A DNA stretch of 64,000 bases from Thermodesulfobacteriota bacterium (lineage in GTDB: Bacteria; Desulfobacterota; Desulfarculia; JACQYL01): positions 288,001 to 352,000 of the forward strand of contig CAXXLZ010000001.1 in the NCBI GenBank assembly GCA_963675595.2, given 5' to 3'. Under the pieces are notes generated by a model. The model did not search any database. It was not told the DNA's origin and was given only the letters and a program-made list of their open reading frames with translations. This document shows positions 1 through 10,058 of this stretch, in pieces (the first letter of the stretch is position 1; each line of letters opens with the position of its first letter). The position numbers and the translations under genes were made by a program.

Positions 1-1
1 C

Positions 2-493
2 GTCGAATTCAACGAAATGGGATTCCTCACCGCCGTCCAGCAAGGAGACGAGGAAGCCGTGGCGTTATTTCTCAAAGCGGGCGCCGGCGTCAACGTCACC
101 TGGCCCGGGGCTCACGTATCGGCTCTTATGGTGGCATCCATGCACGACCGAACGGGAATCGCCGCAATGCTCATTTCCAGGGGAGCACAAGTGAACTTTC
201 AGAGCGACCGAGGCGATACGGCCCTGCACTATGCCGCTTATGTCGGCGACCCTCGGCTGGCGAATCTCCTGATCGACGCCGGGGCCTGGCTGAATTCCAG
301 GTCCAACATGGGGGACACTCCTCTCATAACAGCGGCTCGCTTTGGCCGCAGGGATGTGGTCGTGCTTTTGCTGCAACGGGGAGCCGATCCGCACATCCGC
401 AACAGGGACGGAGAGAGCGCGTTGGATGCTGCGAGTGCTCGGGGACACAGGGAGATCGTTTCCCTTCTGGAGAACCCTCCCGTCCCGACCTGA
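2..493 (+). CDS. Ankyrin repeat protein (probably 5'-partial)
   Basis: Repeated GxTALHxAA/GDTPLITAA ankyrin motifs; frame is open from the window edge to the ATG at 17. Confidence 0.9.
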   Translation, partial: VEFNEMGFLTAVQQGDEEAVALFLKAGAGVNVTWPGAHVSALMVASMHDRTGIAAMLISRGAQVNFQSDRGDTALHYAAYVGDPRLANLLIDAGAWLNSRSNMGDTPLITAARFGRRDVVVLLLQRGADPHIRNRDGESALDAASARGHREIVSLLENPPVPT

Positions 494-739
494 ATCTGCG
501 GGTTCGGGCATTGAGAGCCGGTGGGAGGAAGCGTCCGAGTCCCCTTGGAGATAAGGAACTCCAAACCGCGGACGGCATCTTCCCTTACTCGATTGAAAGG
601 GTCCGGTCGTTAAGGGGCGGACCAATTCCTTTCCCGTCCAGTGCGTTTCATGAGGACGATCCATTCAAGGCGTCGCCCGCGCTCACCCCCCTCCCCCGGA
701 GGGCTGGGCCCACGGGACGGAAGGAAACCGGCAGCGCCT

Positions 740-1174
740 TCAGGATCGGCCGGTTCTCGGAATCGCCTCCACCCGGACCGTCACTTCTCCGTATCCCATG
801 CAGGACACACCCGTGTCCGGACACCTTACCTGTCTCATGAAGTGAAAATGTTCCGGATCGAGTCCTTCGCTGAGCCTTTCGTTGATCAAAGCCACGGGAA
901 TACATAGCTGGCCGGCCAAGTAGACGCAGATTCGCTTCGGACAAAACTTGGATAGGAAATTGCCGTCCGCGTCAAGGAGAAAGCGATCTCCCTCGCGGTA
1001 GCCGGAGTTGCAGTTTCTGGCGTGAATCACCTCCGCTTGGATGGAATACCGTGGAGCCGCTTCCGATAAGCGTCTCACATGTCGGATCCGGTGTCCCCCT
1101 TCTTGGAAGCGTTCGAGTTCCTGCTCCGAGTAACCTACCCGGTTTCCGTACCTGCGTATGATGTCCTGGTCCAT
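740..1174 (-). CDS. Cys-containing hypothetical protein (TIGR04076-like)
   Basis: 144 aa with C..G...GDxF, CP...C and RCPD motifs; GGAG SD upstream. Confidence 0.65.
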   Translation of the reverse strand: MDQDIIRRYGNRVGYSEQELERFQEGGHRIRHVRRLSEAAPRYSIQAEVIHARNCNSGYREGDRFLLDADGNFLSKFCPKRICVYLAGQLCIPVALINERLSEGLDPEHFHFMRQVRCPDTGVSCMGYGEVTVRVEAIPRTGRS

Positions 1175-1343
1175 ATTCGACTCCTTTTGTCGGCCGGTCG
1201 CAAAACGGCTGTGATATGGCCCTTCCCGGATTCATTCATGCTGTGAAAGCTGCGTTTTGAATGCGGTTATGCTATAACTATCTGGAATTACAGGATATGC
1301 TTTGAATAAAAAATAAACCTGATTATTCGTTTGGTGAAAAAAC

Positions 1344-1370
1344 TAAAGTAATTTCGCCGTTAGTCGATGT
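1344..1370 (+). promoter_or_regulatory. sigma28 (FliA)-type promoter, distal copy 1
   Basis: TAAA-N15-GTCGATGT versus consensus TAAA-N15-GCCGATAA; spacer nearly identical to those at 5694 and 9675. Confidence 0.75.
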
Positions 1371-1377
1371 GTAAAGT

Positions 1378-1460
1378 GACAACGAGATGCCAGTCTCAAA
1401 CTCCTGATTGAATGAAGAGGACAACCCCGTTCCCGTGTTGCAGGTGCCGGCACATCTGTG
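1378..1460 (+). ncRNA. Candidate anti-flagellin-RBS structured sRNA, copy 1 (3' end unknown)
   Basis: Hairpin GAGA-TGCCAG-TCTC (1384-1397), anti-SD CTCCTGATTGAATG (1401-1414), hairpin CAGGTG-CCGGCA-CATCTG (1441-1458). Confidence 0.55.
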
Positions 1461-2218
1461 ACCCCGGAGCCCACGAGCGTGAAGGAAGCGTTTCGCTTTC
1501 CCGCTCGGAAAGGAGATTGAAGCACCCATCCAAATAGACGCTTTCTGAAGGATTTTCAAGTGGGGTCCGGTTCAACGCCTCCCGCAGCCGGAACGGGCAG
1601 ACCGGCCGAAAGGGAACGAGGGCGTCGGAGACCCCGACGAGAGAAACGAGAACCGTAAACGGGAGTCCCGTTTGATCGAATTTCGCGTAGCGATGAAGAG
1701 ACCGAATACCCAAGGAGAACGCGGAGAATACTACCAATTGATGACGTAGCGGATTTGGCGAGGTGCTCCTCGGTCCCATCCCATGCTCGATTTCAGCGCC
1801 GCCGACCGCGGCGGGGGCGTTGCGAGGGGAGGACCCGGGCTGAGAAGTCAAGACCATCTTGAGGCGTCGAGGTCTTTGGGGAAGCTGAAAGCCGTATTCA
1901 CGGCTTTGGCGAGCCGCGAGCCTTTAGGTTTCGTTCGCGTCCACCGCCGGGGCACAATGCATTTTCAGCGGTGGGAACCTCATCCATATTATTCTGAAGC
2001 ACAATCGGCAGTCGTCTATCTAAATTCACCCAAAACTTTCGAAGCCTCGACTCAACAGGAAGTGGAATCTCCGTTCCGCCTCCTCTTATCTCGAGCAGTA
2101 CCCTCCTCTTTTGCCCTAATCCGACATCTATTGCACGAATCGGCCACCGGAAAGCAAGCTCGGGAGACCATTTGTCCCGCATAAAGGCTCCGATTGTGAA
2201 AAAAATTTGTTCTCATGC

Positions 2219-2245
2219 TAAAGTTGGTTCACAAAGTGACGATAT
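2219..2245 (+). promoter_or_regulatory. sigma28-type promoter of flagellin 1
   Basis: TAAA-N15-GACGATAT about 195 nt upstream of the ATG. Confidence 0.75.
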
Positions 2246-2438
2246 CCAAAGCGAAGCTGTTGAATAAATCGATGAATCCAAACCGAGATTAAAAGTTTTT
2301 TACAGATTTCGTTTTTCGAAGGGAGGAATTCGAAAGAATATAAACCGGAACATCAAAAACGTCATTTGCCGGATGACGCGACGAACAACCATGCGGGGAA
2401 GGGAGTCCCCTAAGCATTCAATCAAGGAGGATTGAGAA

Positions 2439-5285
2439 ATGGCATTATCCGTTGTTAACAATCTTGCATCTTTTTCCGCCCAGCAGGCCCTCACCAAGAG
2501 CACGTACCATCTTCAGAAGGCCCTGAATCATCTTTCCACCGGCTACCGCATCAACAGTGCGGCGGACGATCCCTCCGGCTTGGCCATTTCCGAGCGATTT
2601 CGCGGTCAGATTCGAGGCCTGGAGCGCGCCACGGCCAACGCCCTGGATGCTCAGTCCATGCTGCAGACCGCCGAAGGCTCGCTGGGGGAAACGCACGCCA
2701 TTCTTCAGCGCATGCGGGAACTGGCCGTTCAGGCGGCCAACGGCGTGCTCACCGGAAGCGACAGACAGGAACTGCAGCGCGAGGTGGATCAATTAAAGGA
2801 AGAAATCGACCGCATCGCCACGGCTACCGAGTTCAATACCAAGAAGCTTCTCGATGGATCCTCGGCCGCCCTGTGGAGCGCGGACGGATCGGATATCACC
2901 GCGATCATCCGAGGTCGCGTTGTGGAAGGAAACTACAAGCTGGTCAAGAACGCCGAGCCCCTGACCAATCATGTGTTGAAAACGGACATTTTTCGTTTGA
3001 AGGACGGAGCGATCTCACAAGAGGAGGAAGGGTCCGCCAACCAGTTGCGCTTCACCTTCGGTGGGGATGACGGTGAATTAACCGTGGCGGGCGGATCGAC
3101 CCTGAATTTCCGTTTCAACTTCGACGGTGTGAACAACATCGATATCGGGGTAACGGCGGGATCCGCGGACGGAAGCGGATTTACGGACGCCGAATACCTG
3201 GCGAGGGTGATCAACGCCAACTCGACCATCAGCCGATACGTCGAGGCCGAATTGGTTTCCGAAGGCGATATTGTTTTGCGGTCCAAAGAAGTCACGGAAA
3301 TCGGAGACAATTATACTCTGCAACTGGTCACCGCCGGGGGCGGGGCTTCCGCGGTGGCGGCGTGGCAGCCCAACATTACCAATTGGGGCGGAGATGAGTT
3401 GAGCTCGACCCAGACGAGCAACAACCTCTGGACTACCGCGGTACGATTCGCCGATTTCGATCTTGTTGTGGGGTCGACGGCATCGGGAACCATGGGAACC
3501 TTCGGCACGGACCGCGCGACGGCCGCCGAGAACAAAGTGATCCAATATGTGAGTAATGCGGCGGAGCTCGAGGGCGGCGACTACGAAATCACCACTGTGG
3601 CGGCGGATAACATCCCCAGCGGCCTGCAGGGTGCGGATGGTTTGAGCGTCGACGCCGGCTTGCTCATGGGCGCCTATATGAAGAGCTCTTCCACTGCGGA
3701 AGTCACCACGATTCAGGCCGCCGTGGACGCAAACCATTACGTGATCGTCGAGGTCACCGGGGCCGGCGGGAGCGGCGTGGTGGACCTCAAAGTCTCCTGG
3801 GATCAGGGCGCCACCTGGACCAACATCGGCAACTACCATGAGGGCGCGTCAATTAATAAGCTAGCCGGGGATCCGGATAACTGGTTCTCCTTGCAGTTCA
3901 ACGGCGATATGGCTACGGGGGACCGTTTGCTCATCGGATTGCAGAATGGAATCGCAGCGACCTCCAACGTGGCGCGGCTCACGGGTCCCGCCAACGAATG
4001 GACCAACATAGCGGATTCCGACGGTGGATGGGACCCGAGGGAGAACCTCGCCGGCGCGGACTTCCAGTATTTCAATCATGGGCTTTGGGAAGATTTGGGT
4101 GCCAACCCGGGAAGCAAAACCGATACTTTGACCTTTGCCCGCATGGACGAGGAAGGACGCGTAACCTTTGGCACGCTGGACGTCACCTGGGGCACCGATG
4201 CCAACTTCGAGAGCAGAAGTTCGAGCATCAACATTCTCCAAGGGGGAGACGTCGCCGGCTTGACCACGGAACTGTCCAAAATCGACCGGTTCTACGACGC
4301 CAATGGAAATTTTATTCTGGGCGATAACGGCAAGTGGATCGACATCTACACCGCCGCGGGAGATCAGGCTTCTTTTTATGTGGACGGCGGCGACACGGTA
4401 AAGGAGCTTGCCGATAAGATCGAGCAGATCATCAGCCTGGAGGCCACCTCTCAAAACTGGGAAGGCCTGGGATTGGGCACCGTACTGGATTCCGAAGGCG
4501 AGAATCATGTGGTGGACTTTGTTACCAACGCCACGGAGAACTCCGACGAAGCGGTCAAGGGAACCCTGCTCATTCGGTCGCCGAAACAAGGATTGAGCGG
4601 AATCCTTTACTTCAGCGCGGAAGAAGCCGTGCTCAACGCTCTGAGTCTGGCCACGATTAAGGACCCGTCCGAGGACGTGGACCCGTTGACGGTTGAGGTA
4701 TACGATGCGCACACGGGGGAATTGATCGGACAGGATACGGTAAGCGACAACGTGCTTCACGGCGTCATCCAGGGAGTTGATGTTCTGGTGGACGCCAATG
4801 TGGACATCAATTACTCCTGGAACGAAAACACCAAAGAAATCGACTTCTACAGCGCCACCGAAGACCAGATCGAATACCTGCACGTTGTGGACAACTCGGT
4901 GAATTTTCAGATCGGCGCCAACCCCGGGCAAATCATGGAAGCTCATATCTCACAGATGGATGCTTTGGGGCTCGGAATCGAAAACGTGCTGGTCGTGAAC
5001 CAAGCCACGGCAGTGGCCGCCTTGGACAGCATCGATGAGGCCATCCAACGGGTGTCTTCAGAACGCGCCCGACTGGGTGCCTATGTCAACCGACTCGATT
5101 TCACCATTTCGAACCTGGCCGTTCAGGAGGAGAATCAGATCGCAGCCGAGTCCCTGATTCGCGACCTCGACATGGCCATGGCCATCTCGGAGATGACCCA
5201 GTACCAGATTCTGCAGCAGGTGGGCGTTGCCATGTTGGCTCAGGCCAATGCCATGCCTCAGAGCCTCCTCAGCCTGCTCGGATAA
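2439..5285 (+). CDS. fliC: Flagellin 1 (948 aa, large variable domain)
   Basis: N-terminal LSTGYRINSAADDPSGLAISE...LQRMRELAVQAAN; C-terminal RARLGAYVNRL...IRDLDMA...MLAQAN. Confidence 0.97.
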   Translation: MALSVVNNLASFSAQQALTKSTYHLQKALNHLSTGYRINSAADDPSGLAISERFRGQIRGLERATANALDAQSMLQTAEGSLGETHAILQRMRELAVQAANGVLTGSDRQELQREVDQLKEEIDRIATATEFNTKKLLDGSSAALWSADGSDITAIIRGRVVEGNYKLVKNAEPLTNHVLKTDIFRLKDGAISQEEEGSANQLRFTFGGDDGELTVAGGSTLNFRFNFDGVNNIDIGVTAGSADGSGFTDAEYLARVINANSTISRYVEAELVSEGDIVLRSKEVTEIGDNYTLQLVTAGGGASAVAAWQPNITNWGGDELSSTQTSNNLWTTAVRFADFDLVVGSTASGTMGTFGTDRATAAENKVIQYVSNAAELEGGDYEITTVAADNIPSGLQGADGLSVDAGLLMGAYMKSSSTAEVTTIQAAVDANHYVIVEVTGAGGSGVVDLKVSWDQGATWTNIGNYHEGASINKLAGDPDNWFSLQFNGDMATGDRLLIGLQNGIAATSNVARLTGPANEWTNIADSDGGWDPRENLAGADFQYFNHGLWEDLGANPGSKTDTLTFARMDEEGRVTFGTLDVTWGTDANFESRSSSINILQGGDVAGLTTELSKIDRFYDANGNFILGDNGKWIDIYTAAGDQASFYVDGGDTVKELADKIEQIISLEATSQNWEGLGLGTVLDSEGENHVVDFVTNATENSDEAVKGTLLIRSPKQGLSGILYFSAEEAVLNALSLATIKDPSEDVDPLTVEVYDAHTGELIGQDTVSDNVLHGVIQGVDVLVDANVDINYSWNENTKEIDFYSATEDQIEYLHVVDNSVNFQIGANPGQIMEAHISQMDALGLGIENVLVVNQATAVAALDSIDEAIQRVSSERARLGAYVNRLDFTISNLAVQEENQIAAESLIRDLDMAMAISEMTQYQILQQVGVAMLAQANAMPQSLLSLLG

Positions 5286-5307
5286 CCTGCGGTCCGCGAC
5301 GCAATTC

Positions 5308-5345
5308 AAGGCGGGGCTCCGTTTCGGAGCCCCGCCTTCTTTTTC
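5308..5345 (+). terminator. Rho-independent terminator after flagellin 1
   Basis: AAGGCGGGGCTCCG-TTT-CGGAGCCCCGCCTT hairpin followed by a T-tract. Confidence 0.85.
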
Positions 5346-5693
5346 GTAACGGTTCTCCTCCACGCCCGCCCATTTCTTCTCGGGATACCTTCGGATTCCG
5401 ATTTCGGTGACATCTCGAGCCGCCGCCACTCGTGCTTCGGCCGGACGCCGGCACACGAAGCGCTTCCCAGCCTCCGCGTCGTCCTCCGTTCCTGCATTCG
5501 TGAGAGTTGAAATCGGTACAACCCCTTAATTCCCGTCGCCGTTGACGTTATGGGCGCAGGTTGAGGCACGGCGAGGCCTCGAAGACCCGTCTGAATCGGT
5601 TGTCTTGGTGGCGTTTTCCCGGCGCTAAGGTATGCGATGGAGTAAAATTTCAATTTATGAACAAAGTCGAACACGATTTTTCTTTTATAAATG

Positions 5694-5720
5694 TAAAGTA
5701 TTTTCGCCGTTTGACGATGT
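5694..5720 (+). promoter_or_regulatory. sigma28-type promoter, distal copy 2
   Basis: TAAA-N15-GACGATGT. Confidence 0.75.
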
Positions 5721-5727
5721 AAGAATC

Positions 5728-5810
5728 AAACAGGTAATGCCACCTGAACTCCTTGATTGAATGCGGATTGGGAAGCCGAAAACTCCCGGGTGCCGGCACA
5801 TCCGGAAGAA
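5728..5810 (+). ncRNA. Candidate anti-flagellin-RBS structured sRNA, copy 2 (3' end unknown)
   Basis: Hairpin CAGGT-AATGCC-ACCTG (5731-5746); 5749-5773 is the exact reverse complement of 10277-10301; hairpin CCGGGTG-CCGGCA-CATCCGG (5786-5805). Confidence 0.65.
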
Positions 5811-6057
5811 AAAGGCGAAGTTAACCGTCACGACACACAAGAAACATCGCAACGGATGGGAGGATGATCCATCTTTCGTTAAGTCGTCGGATTCGGGCCG
5901 CCCGGGGTCGGGCATCAAACTCCGTGCAATGCTTTTCCGGCCTCCGGGATAGTCGTTAGGAACGGCACGAACCCCGAATATTCAAATCTTTCTCTCCTTT
6001 TTGATCAGCCGACAGTCCCCGGTTGAGCGCAAAATGCGCTTTTCCGCGCCTTGACAC

Positions 6058-6084
6058 TCAAGTTCGTCCGTTTCACACCGATAC
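6058..6084 (+). promoter_or_regulatory. sigma28-type promoter of flagellin 2
   Basis: TCAA-N15-ACCGATAC, positionally equivalent to the promoter at 10032. Confidence 0.65.
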
Positions 6085-6345
6085 AATTTGCGGGTAACTG
6101 CGGGGATCGCACCCGTCTCAAGCGGACGTGCATGCGATTTCCCTATCGTCTTTTGGTGATGCACGTTGATCCGAGCACCCTTGCCGGAGGGAGAGCGGAG
6201 GCGATGTGCATTGCTGCGGAAAGGGGGGGATAAGCCAACTAGAGCGCACTATTCCGTTGAGAATCGCCCCATAAGGGGACATCTCACGATGCCTTAGACG
6301 AGGGAATGGATTCCCGATCTGAGTTCAATCAAGGAGGATTGATTC

Positions 6346-9162
6346 ATGGCATTGACTGTTGTCAATAATATTGCTTCATTCGCTGCTCAGAAGGCCCTCA
6401 GTTCGAGTACCACTCACCTGCAGAACGCCCTGAACAGCCTTTCCACCGGCCTCCGCATCAACAGCGCGGCGGACGACCCGTCCGGACTGGCGATTTCCGA
6501 GCGGTTCCGCAGCCAGATTCGAGGCTTGGAACGCGCCACGTCCAACGCCTTGGACGCTCAGTCCATGCTGCAAACCGCGGAAGGCTCCCTCGGAGAAACC
6601 CACGCCATCCTGCAACGTATGCGCGAACTGGCGGTTCAAGCGGCCAACGGCGTGTTGACCGCAAGCGACCGGCAGGAAGTTCAGCGCGAAGTGGACCAGC
6701 TCAAAGAAGAAATCAACCGCATCGCCAACACCACCGAGTTCAACACCAAGAAACTGCTGGACGGTTCCTCCACGGCCCTTTGGAGCGCGAACAATTCCGA
6801 CATTGAAGCGGTCATTCGCGGAAAGGTGGCCGAAGGCAACTACAAGCTGGTGAAGAGTGCGGAGCCGCTGAGCAACCAGGTACTGAAGACGGATATCTTC
6901 CGGCTGAAAGACGGGGCCATCTCCCAGGCGGAAGAGGGTTCTCCGAACCAGATGCGGTTCACTTTCGGCGGATCGGATGCGACAATAGACGGAACCGGGG
7001 CGTCGACATTGACGTTCCGGTTCAACTTCGACGGCGTGAACAACATAGACGTATCGTTGAACTCGGCGTCGGGAGACGCCGCCCTCTTAACCGACGCGCG
7101 GTATTTGGTGGATGCCCTCAACGCCAACGCGACCATCAGCCAATACGTCGAAGTGGAGCTGGTGTCCAACTCGGACATTATCATTCGGTCCAAGGGGGTA
7201 ACGGACGAAAGCGACAATTATACCCTTCAGCTGGTGACCGGCGGAGGCGGTGCGTCGGCCGTGGCGGCGTGGCAGGCCAACATCACCAACTGGAGCGGAG
7301 ATGAGCTGAGTTCGACCCAGGCGACCAACAACCTCTTTACTTCCGCGGTCCGTTTCGCGGATTTCGATCAGATCGAAGGTCAGGTGAACTCGGGAGTGAC
7401 GGGCACCTTCGGAACGGACCGAACCACGGCCGCGCAGAACAAGGTGATCCAGTATGTGAGCAACGCCGAGAACCTCGAAGGGGGCGATTACGAAATCCTT
7501 ACCCTGTCGGCGAACGACTTTCCGAGCGGTACGGCGGGCGGAATCGGCGCTGTGGACTCCGCGTGGATTTTGGGCGCTCATCGACAAAGTTCGTCCACGG
7601 GAGAGATCGTGACCCTTACGGCGAGCGTTGACGAGAACCAGTACGTCATCGTCGAAGTGACCGGCGCAGGGGGCAGCGGCGTGGTGGACCTGAAGGTTTC
7701 CTGGGACCAGGGAGAAACCTGGACCAATGTTGGGAACTATCATGATGGGACTTCCATCAATAAGACTACCGGAGACCCGGCCAACTGGTTCTCCATGGAC
7801 TTGAACGGTGACTTGGCCACCGGCGACCGGTTCCTTTTCGGTCTGCAGGACCAATTGGATACGACCTCCAACTATGCCAGGCTGACGGGTCCCGCCAACG
7901 ATTGGTCGACCAGCTTGACCGCGGATCTGACGGAAGACTACGAGAACTTCAACCACGGGTTATGGCAGGACCTGGGAGCCAATCCGGGTGAGAAGACCCA
8001 TACCCTGACGCTTGCGAGCATGGACGAGGAAGGACGGGTGACCTTCGGCACCCTCGATGCCACCTGGGGAATGGATGACGATTTCGAGAGCCGAAGCTCG
8101 AACATCAAGATTCTCGAGGGCGGCGACGTTGCCGGTCTGACCACGGAGTTGTCCAAGATCGATCGATTCTACGACTCCAGCGGGAACTTCGTCCTGGGCG
8201 ACAGCGGCAAATGGATCGATGTCTACACCGCCGACGGAGACAACGCGTCGTTCTACGTGGACGGCGGTGATACGGTTCAGGAGCTTGCCGACAAGCTGGA
8301 ACAGATCATCAGCCTAACCTCGACTTCCCAAAACTGGGATGGTCTGGGGCTGGGCACGGTGCTGGACTCCGACGGCGAGAACCACGTGGTGGATTTCGTT
8401 ACCAACGCCACGGAGAACTCCGACGAAGCCGTCGAAGGAACCATGATCATTCGTTCGCCCAAACAAGGGGTCAACGGCTACCTCTATTTCAGTGCGGAGG
8501 AAGACCTGCTCAACGCCCTGAGTTTGGCCACCATCCAGGACCCCAAGGAAGACATCGATCCTCTCACGGTCACCGTATACAACGCCCACACGGGCGAGTT
8601 GATCGGCGAGGACACGGTGAGCGACAACGTCCTGCACGGAGTCATCCAGGGTGTGGACGTAATGGTGGACGCCAATGTGGACATCTCTTACTCCTGGAAC
8701 GATGATACTCGAGAGATCGACTTCTACAGTTCGGAAGGAGTGCAGGAAGAGTACCTCCACGTGGTGGACAATTCGGTGAACTTCCAGATCGGCGCCAACC
8801 CGGGCCAAGTGATGGAAGCCTACATCACACAGATGGATACCGTGGGATTGGGCGTTCAAAACGTTCTGGTGGTGAACCAGGAGACGGCCTCCGATGCCAT
8901 GTCCACCATCGACGACGCCATCCAAAGGGTGTCCTCGGAACGCGCCAGGCTGGGCGCTTACGTGAACCGTCTCGACTTTACCATCTCGAACCTGGCGGTT
9001 CAGGAGGAAAACCAGATCGCGGCGGAATCTTTGATCCGCGACCTGGATATGGCCAAGGCCATTTCCGAAATGACCCAGTACCAGGTGTTGCAGCAGGTGG
9101 GTGTGGCCATGCTGGCCCAGGCCAATACCTTGCCTCAGATGGTGCTGTCCCTACTCCGGTAA
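6346..9162 (+). CDS. fliC: Flagellin 2 (938 aa)
   Basis: Conserved flagellin N- and C-terminal helical domains; paralog of 2439-5285. Confidence 0.97.
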   Translation: MALTVVNNIASFAAQKALSSSTTHLQNALNSLSTGLRINSAADDPSGLAISERFRSQIRGLERATSNALDAQSMLQTAEGSLGETHAILQRMRELAVQAANGVLTASDRQEVQREVDQLKEEINRIANTTEFNTKKLLDGSSTALWSANNSDIEAVIRGKVAEGNYKLVKSAEPLSNQVLKTDIFRLKDGAISQAEEGSPNQMRFTFGGSDATIDGTGASTLTFRFNFDGVNNIDVSLNSASGDAALLTDARYLVDALNANATISQYVEVELVSNSDIIIRSKGVTDESDNYTLQLVTGGGGASAVAAWQANITNWSGDELSSTQATNNLFTSAVRFADFDQIEGQVNSGVTGTFGTDRTTAAQNKVIQYVSNAENLEGGDYEILTLSANDFPSGTAGGIGAVDSAWILGAHRQSSSTGEIVTLTASVDENQYVIVEVTGAGGSGVVDLKVSWDQGETWTNVGNYHDGTSINKTTGDPANWFSMDLNGDLATGDRFLFGLQDQLDTTSNYARLTGPANDWSTSLTADLTEDYENFNHGLWQDLGANPGEKTHTLTLASMDEEGRVTFGTLDATWGMDDDFESRSSNIKILEGGDVAGLTTELSKIDRFYDSSGNFVLGDSGKWIDVYTADGDNASFYVDGGDTVQELADKLEQIISLTSTSQNWDGLGLGTVLDSDGENHVVDFVTNATENSDEAVEGTMIIRSPKQGVNGYLYFSAEEDLLNALSLATIQDPKEDIDPLTVTVYNAHTGELIGEDTVSDNVLHGVIQGVDVMVDANVDISYSWNDDTREIDFYSSEGVQEEYLHVVDNSVNFQIGANPGQVMEAYITQMDTVGLGVQNVLVVNQETASDAMSTIDDAIQRVSSERARLGAYVNRLDFTISNLAVQEENQIAAESLIRDLDMAKAISEMTQYQVLQQVGVAMLAQANTLPQMVLSLLR

Positions 9163-9674
9163 ACTGAAACCATAATGATCCATAGGGGGCCCCGCATGAC
9201 CGGGCTCCCGCAACGGATCGAGTCCGGTGTCGAGGCGAACCGCCTCGGCATCGTTCTCTCCAAACCCAATTCGGGACCAAAACCGGTTCAAGGCCATTCC
9301 CTCCCCGAAGCCTGCCCGGTTCGCCCGGATCACCTTCGGCTCCCCAGCTGCGGAGCGGGTTTCGTCACGGAGCCGCGCTCCACCTTTTCGACATCCCCTC
9401 CATATGGCTCCTCAGGAGCGCTCTTCTTGTCGTTTCTCGCAAAGTGCGCCACCGTTATCATTTCATGGATCTAAGAATAAGCAAGGGGTGAGGTAGACGC
9501 CTCATTTCGTTAATAGTGGTTGTAGTGCCGACGATTGACCCTCCATTCACGAAACGCCTGAAACCTTAGGTTTCTATCTGTGGTTTCGGTGCCGGCTTTG
9601 CGCTCCTTATCATGATGACGGAGTGCGATTTGAAGTCATGGTGAAACCTAAAGACGATTTTTTTCATATGAAGG

Positions 9675-9701
9675 TAAAGTAATTTCGCCGGTTGACGATA
9701 T
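9675..9701 (+). promoter_or_regulatory. sigma28-type promoter, distal copy 3
   Basis: TAAA-N15-GACGATAT. Confidence 0.75.
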
Positions 9702-9708
9702 ACAAATC

Positions 9709-9790
9709 AAACAGGTAATGCCACCTGAACTCCTTGATTGAATGCAGATTGGGAAGCCCGCAACTCCCGGGTGCCGGCACACCCGGAAGA
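9709..9790 (+). ncRNA. Candidate anti-flagellin-RBS structured sRNA, copy 3 (3' end unknown)
   Basis: Hairpin CAGGT-AATGCC-ACCTG (9712-9727); anti-SD CTCCTTGATTGAATGCAGATTGGGAA (9730-9755); perfect hairpin CCGGGTG-CCGGCA-CACCCGG (9767-9786). Confidence 0.65.
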
Positions 9791-10031
9791 AAAAGGCCGA
9801 GTTAACGCATCAACCCCGTGACGAACCTAGGTGAAGAAATCCACAGGAGGTGTTTTTCTCAAAACCATAAATCGCCGGCCCGTCACAGCCCATCCAGAGG
9901 CGTCGGGGTTCCCGTTCCATGCCCTTCTATTTTCAGGGTTGACGGGAGGTCGCTCGCGCTCTGGTACCTCCCCGCCTTACGTTCAACCCCCCTCGGGCGA
10001 ACGCAAGATACGTTTTCCTATGCCCTGAAGC

Positions 10032-10058
10032 TAAAGTTCCGCCTTTCCATGCCGATGC
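10032..10058 (+). promoter_or_regulatory. sigma28-type promoter of flagellin 3
   Basis: TAAA-N15-GCCGATGC, near consensus. Confidence 0.85.

Noticed and set aside
1396-2184. ORFs of 133-153 aa in the region upstream of flagellin 1
   Set aside because: No recognisable motif or convincing SD, and not conserved in the paralogous upstream regions
5728-5810. c-di-GMP-I riboswitch or TnpB/TldR guide RNA as the identity of the flagellin-upstream element
   Set aside because: I could not find the GEMM consensus (GGCAAA...GAAA tetraloop...CGCAAAG) and no TnpB/Cas12-like ORF is in the window; a formal Infernal search is still needed
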